Positions 17,412 to 23,997 of a DNA stretch of 54,110 bases are shown in pieces (position 1 is the stretch's first letter; each line of letters starts with the position of its first letter). The stretch is from Oscillospiraceae bacterium. Lineage in GTDB: Bacteria; Bacillota; Clostridia; UMGS1883. The DNA is taken from NCBI GenBank assembly GCA_015069065.1, contig SVJI01000001.1:1-54110 (forward strand), given 5' to 3'. Position numbers and translations under genes: made by a program. The notes under the pieces were generated by a model that was not told the origin of the DNA, ran no database searches, and saw only the letters and a program-made list of their open reading frames with translations.

Positions 17412-17570
17412 GTGCTTTCCGTAAAGCAGCTTTGTGAAATACTTGGCATAGGTAAAAATTCTGCATACAAGCTGTTACAAAGCGGAGAGATTAAATGTAT
17501 AAAGATTGGTAAGGTATACAAGATACCGAAAAAATATTTAAAAGAATATATCACCAAATTTTCTAAATAG
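17412..17570 (+). CDS. xis: excisionase-family HTH DNA-binding protein (52 aa, GTG start)
   Basis: Below the ORF-track length cutoff. GTG at 17412 follows AGAGAGG. Translation (M)LSVKQLCEILGIGKNSAYKLLQSGEIKCIKIGKVYKIPKKYLKEYITKFSK matches the 53115..53297 protein at about 38 of the 44 aligned positions (by eye). The pattern is typical of MerR/Xis-type helix-turn-helix_17 proteins next to integrases. Confidence 0.75.
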   Translation: MLSVKQLCEILGIGKNSAYKLLQSGEIKCIKIGKVYKIPKKYLKEYITKFSK

Positions 17571-17581
17571 TAGTTTACTTT

Positions 17582-17625
17582 GTAGCCCTGCGGTGATAAA
17601 ATAAACATATCATCGTGCAGGCTAC
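17582..17625 (+). other. stem-loop between xis and int (copy A)
   Basis: GTAGCC(C)TGC.G ... CGTGCAGGCTAC forms a ~11-bp stem with a ~20-nt loop and no U-tract. Copy B has a hairpin of unrelated sequence at the same place (53310-53352). Confidence 0.5.
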
Positions 17626-17639
17626 GGAAAGGAGTTAAA

Positions 17640-18761
17640 ATGTCTGGTAGCCTACAAATAAAAAACGGCAAATATTATGCCGTTATCAGTTATAAAAATG
17701 AACAAGGAAAACGCAAGCAAAAATGGATAAATACAGGATTTGAAGTAAAAGGCAACAAGCGAAAAGCCGAAGACTTTTTGAAAAAACTTCTTGTGCAAGA
17801 AAACGATTTTTCAGAAGTAAAGCCTGATATATTATTTTGCGACTATATACAAAATTGGCTTGAAAAACGAAAAAACGAGGTTGAAGATTCCACTTGGCAA
17901 GGATATTCCAATGTAGTAAAAAATCATATATATCCTTATTTTTCTGAAAAGAAAATAGAATTAGCTAAAATATCTCATAAGGATATAGAAAAGTATTATC
18001 ACCACAAGCTTGAACAAGGTCTATCCTCCGGCACAATTAAAAAGCATCATGCCAATATACGAAAATGTCTTCAACAGGCTTTAATGGAAGATTTGATTCC
18101 TGTAAATTATGCAGACAGAGTTTCGCTTCCTAAAATTGAACAATACAATGCGTCTTTCTTTGATTCAGAAGAAATTAAAGTTCTGTTAGAAAAAGCTAAA
18201 GGAAATGAAATCGAACCTATTATCATTCTTTGTGTGTATTATGGTTTACGGCGTTCTGAAGTTTTAGGATTAAAATGGGATGCCATTAGCTTTAAAAATA
18301 ACACTATCAGGATATGCAACACTGTCACCTATATGTATGAACTTTGCGAAAAAAAGCGCACAAAGAATACAAGCAGCTACAGAACTCTCCCCTTGATTAC
18401 TGTTGTGAGTGAATACTTACTGTCACTAAAAGGGCAACAGAAAGAAAATCGTAAGCTTTTCGGAAACTGTTATCAGGAAAACGACTATATATGCGTAAAA
18501 ATTGATGGCAGTAGAATTTCTCCACATGCTGCATCACGCAAGTTCAGAAATTTTCTGCAAAAAAATGGTTTACCGCATATACGGCTTCACGATTTAAGGC
18601 ACAGTTGTGCATCACTCTTAATTGCACAGGGTGTAGACATAAAAGTTATACAGGAATGGTTAGGTCATTCTTCCATTGCAACAACGGGAAACATTTATGG
18701 ACATCTGCAATTTAAGCAAAAGATAGAAACAGGAATTGTGCTCGAAAATCTGCTTGCTTGA
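17640..18761 (+). CDS. int: tyrosine integrase with N-terminal arm-binding (AP2-like) domain
   Basis: ATG at 17640 after GGAAAGGAG. N-terminus SLQIKNGKYYAVISYKNEQGKRKQKWINTGF. Catalytic set: R in YYGLRRSEVLGL, HDLRHSCAS, and WLGHSSIATTGNIYGH. Confidence 0.9.
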   Translation: MSGSLQIKNGKYYAVISYKNEQGKRKQKWINTGFEVKGNKRKAEDFLKKLLVQENDFSEVKPDILFCDYIQNWLEKRKNEVEDSTWQGYSNVVKNHIYPYFSEKKIELAKISHKDIEKYYHHKLEQGLSSGTIKKHHANIRKCLQQALMEDLIPVNYADRVSLPKIEQYNASFFDSEEIKVLLEKAKGNEIEPIIILCVYYGLRRSEVLGLKWDAISFKNNTIRICNTVTYMYELCEKKRTKNTSSYRTLPLITVVSEYLLSLKGQQKENRKLFGNCYQENDYICVKIDGSRISPHAASRKFRNFLQKNGLPHIRLHDLRHSCASLLIAQGVDIKVIQEWLGHSSIATTGNIYGHLQFKQKIETGIVLENLLA

Positions 18762-18767
18762 AATTTT

Positions 18768-18798
18768 GTTAGAAAAGTGTTAGAAAAACGTTAGAAAA
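18768..18798 (+). repeat. three GTTAGAAAA 9-mers phased at 11 bp, directly after the int stop
   Basis: GTTAGAAAA at 18768-18776, 18779-18787 and 18790-18798. Helical phasing suggests a protein-binding array, such as arm-type or accessory-factor sites at an element end. Confidence 0.5.
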
Positions 18799-18820
18799 AA
18801 GCATCAGGATTTAAACAGGC

Positions 18821-18866
18821 AAAAAAATAGAGAATGGCATAACCTACGATGGTTAAGCCATTCTCT
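18821..18866 (-). terminator. intrinsic terminator downstream of the tRNA fragment
   Basis: On the minus strand, AGAGAATGGC...GCCATTCTCT (18857-18866 pairs with 18829-18838, plus inner TAACC/GGTTA pairs) is followed by T7 (complement of A7 at 18821-18827). Confidence 0.7.
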
Positions 18867-18867
18867 C

Positions 18868-18923
18868 TGGTGCTCGAGACCGGGATCGAACCGGTACGTC
18901 TTTATGGGACACGGGATTTTAAG
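18868..18923 (-). pseudogene. 3' fragment of tRNA-Leu(UAA), anticodon loop to CCA; candidate att remnant
   Basis: The RC reads CTTAAAA-TCCCG-TGTCCCATAAAGACGT-ACCGG-TTCGATC-CCGGT-CTCGAGC-A-CCA. These are the anticodon loop with UAA, the 3' anticodon stem, a long variable arm, a canonical T arm, the acceptor 3' strand, discriminator A and CCA. The sequence 5' of the loop (..AAGCTTT) cannot pair with TCCCG, and no GCTCGAG acceptor 5' strand or D arm follows. Confidence 0.75.
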
Positions 18924-19062
18924 AAAGCTTACCCGTTGATTACACTACATTATCTAAAATTATACAAAGCCTTACAAACCCTTTTGTTAAGCGGTTTATA
19001 AGGCTTTCTGTCTGTAAAATCCTTTTAAATCCAAAGAGTCTCAAAAACGAATTTTTTTCGAT

Positions 19063-19084
19063 TTTGGTGGAAATTTGGTGGAAA
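19063..19084 (+). repeat. perfect tandem 11-mer x2 (TTTGGTGGAAA) abutting a promoter
   Basis: Units at 19063-19073 and 19074-19084, 3 nt upstream of the -35 hexamer of the HipA-like gene promoter. Confidence 0.8.
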
Positions 19085-19087
19085 TGA

Positions 19088-19116
19088 TTGCACGCAGATT
19101 TTATTTATGTTATACT
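19088..19116 (+). promoter_or_regulatory. promoter of the HipA-like gene
   Basis: TTGCAC (19088-19093), 17 nt, TATACT (19111-19116), 44 nt upstream of the ATG. Confidence 0.5.
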
Positions 19117-19159
19117 TAATACAAATATATGGTAGCATATTTTAGAGAGGAGGATAAAA

Positions 19160-20302
19160 ATGATTTCTTCATATGAACTAAAACTATATGATGAAACTCT
19201 CTTAACTTTTAATATGGCTGAAAAAGGTTTGGAAGGTCTTGTTGCTGAAATTGATTATATAGATAAAGATAAGAAAAATATCTTCCCTTTGGATTTAGAG
19301 GTATCAAATGCAGGAATTATTAAATGGCTTAGAAAACGTGTTATTCCAAAAAACCGAAGATTCGTAGATGAAATATTAAAAACGCTGAACTTATCTCAAA
19401 ACGATACAAAAGGTATAATCGACGTATGTAAAGGCTTATCACTTAACGATAGTTATTGGGTTGTTCCAAAAGGGTTTGAAGGTAAATTTTCGGAATATAA
19501 TCTATATGAAAACAGATTTTCTGAAATTCTGTCTTTAGTTGCATACACAGGCGTAGGCAGTTCAAACAAAGCATTTTCAACATCTCCTGAACTAACTACT
19601 AATGGAATGCTTCCTAAAGCATGGCGCTTTGTAGAAAACGATGGTATATATCTTTATAAAGGCGGAACCGACGGAGCTGTTAATTCAGGTAAAGAGCCTT
19701 ACAGCGAGTATTATGCAAGTCAGATTGCCGCAGCAATGGGACTTAACGCAGTAAAGTACGAATTAGAAAACTGGAAAGGAATTCTTGCCTCTAAATGCAA
19801 ATTATTTACCGATATTGATACTTCTTTTATTCCAGTTGGAAGAATTGTTACGGACGGAGGAATTGCTGCTTGTCTGGAATATTATAAGAGCTTAGGAAAT
19901 GAATTTTACGAGCAGTTAAAAAGTATGCTTGTATTTGATGCCGTAATTTACAACGAGGACCGTCATTTTGGTAATTTTGGTATTTTAAGAAATAATCACA
20001 CTGGCGAAATTCTGGCTCCGGCACCTATATTCGATAATGGTCTGTCGCTATTTAATTTTGCAATGGATGAAGATTTTAAGGATTTAGAATCTTATGCTAA
20101 AACACGTACTACCCCATACGGAGTATCTTTTGAAACAATTTGCACAGAAGCAATCGGCAAAAAACAGATTTCTGAATTACGTAAATTAATTGGATTTAAA
20201 TTCAACCGTCACAAAACAATGAACCTATCAGAAGAAAGATTGTGTTCTATTGAAAAATTGCTGCAAACGAGGATATCTCAGCTTATATCTTTAAGCAAAT
20301 AA
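19160..20302 (+). CDS. HipA-like kinase-domain protein (no HipB-type partner seen)
   Basis: ATG after GAGAGGAGGA. The C-terminal half contains VIYNEDRHFGNFGILRN and PIFDNGLSLF, which match the HipA_C catalytic-loop and Mg-binding patterns (D-x-H-x-x-N ... D-N/F-G). The only plus-strand gene between the tRNA fragment and locus 2. Confidence 0.6.
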   Translation: MISSYELKLYDETLLTFNMAEKGLEGLVAEIDYIDKDKKNIFPLDLEVSNAGIIKWLRKRVIPKNRRFVDEILKTLNLSQNDTKGIIDVCKGLSLNDSYWVVPKGFEGKFSEYNLYENRFSEILSLVAYTGVGSSNKAFSTSPELTTNGMLPKAWRFVENDGIYLYKGGTDGAVNSGKEPYSEYYASQIAAAMGLNAVKYELENWKGILASKCKLFTDIDTSFIPVGRIVTDGGIAACLEYYKSLGNEFYEQLKSMLVFDAVIYNEDRHFGNFGILRNNHTGEILAPAPIFDNGLSLFNFAMDEDFKDLESYAKTRTTPYGVSFETICTEAIGKKQISELRKLIGFKFNRHKTMNLSEERLCSIEKLLQTRISQLISLSK

Positions 20303-20336
20303 AGTCAATTATAAAGATAGCCATTCCCTATTATTC

Positions 20337-20380
20337 AAGCCATCTTCCTTACGACCTTTTGTCCTAAAGGAAGATGGCTT
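20337..20380. terminator. 14-bp perfect hairpin between convergent genes (bidirectional terminator)
   Basis: AAGCCATCTTCCTT (20337-20350), 16-nt loop, AAGGAAGATGGCTT (20367-20380), followed by TTACTGTT. Lies between the HipA-like gene (+) and the RpiB-like gene (-). Confidence 0.7.
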
Positions 20381-20431
20381 TACTGTTACTAATTAAGTTG
20401 TTTATTAAATCAGCAATGTAACAACCTCTTT

Positions 20432-21004
20432 TTACTCAGGTTTTGTTTCAAGAGTTAAGGGGAAATCCCCAAGCTTATTTACCTTAAATCCATTCTTTTT
20501 ATATTCCTCATAATCAAATTCTTCAAGCTCATCTATTGCAAGCTTGTGGAATTCGTAGAAGTTTTTCCACCACTCATAACCGCTGCCGAGCTCTGCATTG
20601 AGATATGCATCTGCTATATCACATCCCATTGCGGGGGCAACATAGAATGCACCCATCGCAAGCACGTTTACACCGTTACCTGTAATTGCACGAAGTGCGG
20701 CAGGCACGCTTTCAACAACACCTGCATGTACGTGGGGGCACTTGCTTGCCGCAATATGTATACCCATTCCTGTACCGCAGAAAAGAAGTGCTCTTTCAAA
20801 TTCGCCCTCTGAAATCATACTTCCTACTCTAAGACCTACCCTGTGGAACATAAGGTCTGTATCGTTGGGGTCAGAATCTGCTTTAACGCCCATATCGGTG
20901 ATTTCCCAACCTTTTTTACGAAGATGCTCACAAACTGCCTCTTTAAGAGGATAGCCTGCAAAATCTGCACCTACTACGAGCTTTTTGTCTTTTACTGTTT
21001 TCAT
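20432..21004 (-). CDS. RpiB/LacAB-family sugar isomerase with C-terminal extension (DhuI-like candidate)
   Basis: VGADFAGYPLKEAVCEHLRKKGWEITDMG and LFCGTGMGIHIAASKCPHVHAG are RpiB/LacAB signatures. A ~45-aa acidic/aromatic C-terminal tail is added. Last gene of the locus-2 operon. Confidence 0.75.
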   Translation of the reverse strand: MKTVKDKKLVVGADFAGYPLKEAVCEHLRKKGWEITDMGVKADSDPNDTDLMFHRVGLRVGSMISEGEFERALLFCGTGMGIHIAASKCPHVHAGVVESVPAALRAITGNGVNVLAMGAFYVAPAMGCDIADAYLNAELGSGYEWWKNFYEFHKLAIDELEEFDYEEYKKNGFKVNKLGDFPLTLETKPE

Positions 21005-21070
21005 TTTTATTAATCCTTTCTTTTTATAGTTAAATCAAGTGTTACAATTATACATTAAAATATTCAACCT

Positions 21071-21700
21071 TTATATTTCATCAGATTCTTCTTCATAAAA
21101 ATCTTCTAAACTTTCTTCGTCTTCAAGAAATTCGTCATATATATAATCTTCTTCAAACATAGTTTCCTCAAAGTTTAAATCTATGTCTGTTTCTTCTGGT
21201 TCTTCTTTTTCCTCTGCAGCAACTTCTGATACACTTTTCTTTGATATGGTAATAATATTTGTTCCACCTTCCCATACAACTTCAAAATCAAATTTTTCTG
21301 CTATATACCTTATTGGAAACATTGTCCTTTCGTTAATAATTATAGGTGCAACATCAATGGTTTCCTCTGACCCATTAAAAAATGCATTTACTGATCCAAT
21401 CTTAAGATTAATTTCATCTTCTTTATATTTTAAGGTAATCCTGGATTCCAAAGAATCCCACTCTACTGTTCCTCCTATAGTTTCAATAATCGAACGAATA
21501 GGAATTAACGTTCTTCCTTCATGTATTATCGGGGCAGTATTTCTTCCGGGATCAATTTCTGCCAATTCACCATTAACACTCATCTGTGAATTTCCTACTT
21601 TTATTTTAATTACAACATCTGATGCCTCACTTGCAGAAACCAGAAATGAAGAAACACACATACTTATTAACAAAGCAATAAATACTTTTTTTAAAGTCAT
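21071..21700 (-). CDS. secreted copper-amine-oxidase-N-terminal-like (stalk) domain protein with a highly acidic tail
   Basis: Start moved to ATG 21700 (AAGGAGAG 6 nt upstream), giving MTLKKVFIALLISMCVSSFLVSASEA. Two repeats of the Cu_amine_oxidN1 pattern (GRTLIPIRSIIETIGGTVEWD; ERTMFPIRYIAEKFDFEVVWE). C-terminal ~50 aa are mostly E/D. Confidence 0.65.
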   Translation of the reverse strand: MTLKKVFIALLISMCVSSFLVSASEASDVVIKIKVGNSQMSVNGELAEIDPGRNTAPIIHEGRTLIPIRSIIETIGGTVEWDSLESRITLKYKEDEINLKIGSVNAFFNGSEETIDVAPIIINERTMFPIRYIAEKFDFEVVWEGGTNIITISKKSVSEVAAEEKEEPEETDIDLNFEETMFEEDYIYDEFLEDEESLEDFYEEESDEI

Positions 21701-21726
21701 TACAATCTCTCCTTTACATGGCGTCA

Positions 21727-23973
21727 TCATAAATCTTCCATTTTAGTAGTTGCTTTTTTGATATTTTCTCTATAGACACCTGGGCTGACCCCTTCTGCCT
21801 TTTTAAAATTCCTGCTGAATGTGCGCATGCTTACAAACCCAACCTTCAAAATAATACTTTCAATCGTATCGTTTGTATACATCATTAATTCCTTTGCTTT
21901 TTCTATACGCACTTTCATAATATAGTCGCTGATTCCAATACCGGTTTTTTCACGGAATAAATGAGAAAGATACACAAAATGAAAATTAAAATGTTCTGAA
22001 ATCATCTTAACGTTTAAATTAACATCGTAATAATTTACCTTAACAAAATCTTTTATCTTCTGTTCTATTCCGTTCTCATCCACATTATTACTTGAATTTG
22101 TCAAGAAAACATGCAAATCATTGAATATTTGCTTAGCAGTATCTCTTAGCTGCGAACAAGTCCGACAAGGAACAAGATTTACTAAAAATTCGTTTGATAG
22201 ACTTTTGTCTGTTACGATTTCGTCAATCAGCTTTGTGAGCATTACCTTGACTTTCAAAAGCAACCATTCAACTTCATCAGATGTTCGCATACTGCTAATA
22301 CTACTTTCTAAAATAAGATTAAACGCATCATATGCTTCAACAGCACCCCCACCGCACTTGAGAATATTTTCAATTTGAGAAAGATTAAAATCTCCCTGCG
22401 ATGCAACAGGTACTATATTTGTAATGTTGTCGTTTAAGAAAACACCTTTTATCCCAAGTAACGTCATAAATCTGAATACTTCATTTACGTCAGCATTTAT
22501 ATTGGGAATATTTTCAACACCTTTTGCACAATAGCTTACAGCAATAACAGATTCAATCTTAAGGAATTGATTCAACGCATCATTCAGTATCGTAAAATAT
22601 TGTCTGCAAACATCAGGTGTCATAAAGCCGTCTGAGTTAATTAGGTAGATTATTTCATTCTCGTTTTGTGCGACAATTTCACGATATTCGTTACTGTTAA
22701 ATGTTTTGTTTATATATTGGGTAATAACACCCTCAATAATGCTATTGAAATCGGCATTATTTACTTGCGTATTACTTTCACGACAAAGCTTTATCTTTGC
22801 TACAGTAAAGTATTCACCGGTGAAATCAGGCTTGTATTTTAAAAATACTTCCCATTCCTTTTTCTCTGCCTTACCTAATATAATTTTTTCAACAATCTTA
22901 TGATAAATCATTTCATAAGCAACTTTATCATTTTCTGCCAGTTGGTTTATCGAATTATTAAGGTGTTCCAGATAGTTGTCGATGTAATCAATTTCATTAT
23001 CATAAGTTGTATCTCTTTTGTCATAGACATTTATTTTGCTAACAAGCTTCTTTATAGGTCCGTAATGTCGTTTTGAGAATATAACAGAAAACAACATTAC
23101 AAAAACAATAGTGGTAATGAATATCAACGCTGCCAAAATCCACACAAAATGCAATTCTTTCATGTATTCTGTTTCATCTATTCTCACAACATATGACCAA
23201 TTTTTATTTATACCGGGATTTTTAATGAAAACGAATCCGTCAGATTTTTTTATATTGGTGGACATCTCTTCTACTTTAAATTTATTCTCGCTAAGATATA
23301 CAATCTCGTTGTTAGAATTGTTCACCAAAGCAACATGACTTTCCTGATATTTATTTATAACATCATACTTCAATTTTTCAATATCAATCAAAGCAAAAAC
23401 AATTATATTACGGTTTTTCATTCCCTTTGCCAACAAATTAATGCAATAGAAGAATGTATTACTTTCGTCTCCGTTTTCAGTAATTGAATCAATAACAAAA
23501 AACTCTTCACTTCTACATAATTTATTTATCCACTCATCATACGAACACTTCAGGTTATTGTACTCCATATCAAAGAATTGCCTGCTATTATACAGTCCAT
23601 TGACAGAACATATCACATCAACATCAGGATAATACATCACAATATCTTTAATATTTTCGCTTTGTAGCTTTATGTCTTTGATATAGTCAGATATATCCTT
23701 TAAATAATAATAATCCGTATTTTTGATATTGTTACTGAGCACAAAATTTTGAGCATGTGCTGCCGAAAGACTGTACACCGCATTATTCATATCTAAAAAA
23801 CACCTGTCAAGTTCCGTCTTTAAAAACGTCATTTTGTATTGTTCTATTTCTATACTCTGACGTCTTAAAACATTATAGATATAAACATACAGTGGCATAA
23901 GGCATGTAACTACAGTAATGGATATAATTAAATATGAAATTACAAATCGACGTATCATGCCATGTTTTTTCAT
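21727..23973 (-). CDS. membrane-spanning one-component regulator: 2 TM plus extracytoplasmic domain plus C-terminal AraC HTH
   Basis: ATG 23973 preferred over the TTG at 23991. TM1 FVISYLIISITVVTCLMPLYVYIY, ~250-aa outside domain, TM2 VWILAALIFITTIVFVMLFSVIF. C-terminal AraC motifs (MISEHFNFHFVYLSHLFREKTG...ILKVGFVSMRTFSRNFKKAEGVSPGVYR). No receiver or kinase domain. Confidence 0.7.
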   Translation of the reverse strand: MKKHGMIRRFVISYLIISITVVTCLMPLYVYIYNVLRRQSIEIEQYKMTFLKTELDRCFLDMNNAVYSLSAAHAQNFVLSNNIKNTDYYYLKDISDYIKDIKLQSENIKDIVMYYPDVDVICSVNGLYNSRQFFDMEYNNLKCSYDEWINKLCRSEEFFVIDSITENGDESNTFFYCINLLAKGMKNRNIIVFALIDIEKLKYDVINKYQESHVALVNNSNNEIVYLSENKFKVEEMSTNIKKSDGFVFIKNPGINKNWSYVVRIDETEYMKELHFVWILAALIFITTIVFVMLFSVIFSKRHYGPIKKLVSKINVYDKRDTTYDNEIDYIDNYLEHLNNSINQLAENDKVAYEMIYHKIVEKIILGKAEKKEWEVFLKYKPDFTGEYFTVAKIKLCRESNTQVNNADFNSIIEGVITQYINKTFNSNEYREIVAQNENEIIYLINSDGFMTPDVCRQYFTILNDALNQFLKIESVIAVSYCAKGVENIPNINADVNEVFRFMTLLGIKGVFLNDNITNIVPVASQGDFNLSQIENILKCGGGAVEAYDAFNLILESSISSMRTSDEVEWLLLKVKVMLTKLIDEIVTDKSLSNEFLVNLVPCRTCSQLRDTAKQIFNDLHVFLTNSSNNVDENGIEQKIKDFVKVNYYDVNLNVKMISEHFNFHFVYLSHLFREKTGIGISDYIMKVRIEKAKELMMYTNDTIESIILKVGFVSMRTFSRNFKKAEGVSPGVYRENIKKATTKMEDL

Positions 23974-23997
23974 AAAACACTCAACTTTCAATATTTT

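Larger units (their letters stand above)
15956..17414 (+). repeat. copy A of a ~1.2 kb non-coding module shared with 51001..52214 (interrupted here by a 277-bp insertion)
   Basis: Read side by side, the two copies are colinear from TATAAAAA.TC...TATAAAC.G.TATA.AAAGCCAAATAC to AGAGGTAACGGGTG. Long runs are identical, for example GTAAAAATGGTAAGCAGTTAAAATGGTAAGCAGTTAAGCG and GGTATGATATTATATAATCAATAATTAATTTATGCGTGGGGTTCCC. No reading frame is conserved. Confidence 0.9.

Noticed and set aside
17077-17671. Two minus-strand ORFs (90 aa and 106 aa) inside module A
   Set aside because: They are not conserved as frames in copy B. One is antisense to the conserved xis gene. Neither has an SD. The region is better explained as promoter, leader and xis.
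18868-18960. A complete tRNA gene
   Set aside because: Only the anticodon loop to CCA is tRNA-like. The upstream 40 nt (RC ...ATGTAGTGTAATCAACGGGTAAGCTTT) has no acceptor 5' strand complementary to CTCGAGC and no D arm. ACGGG could pair with CCCGT only by making a 16-nt anticodon loop.
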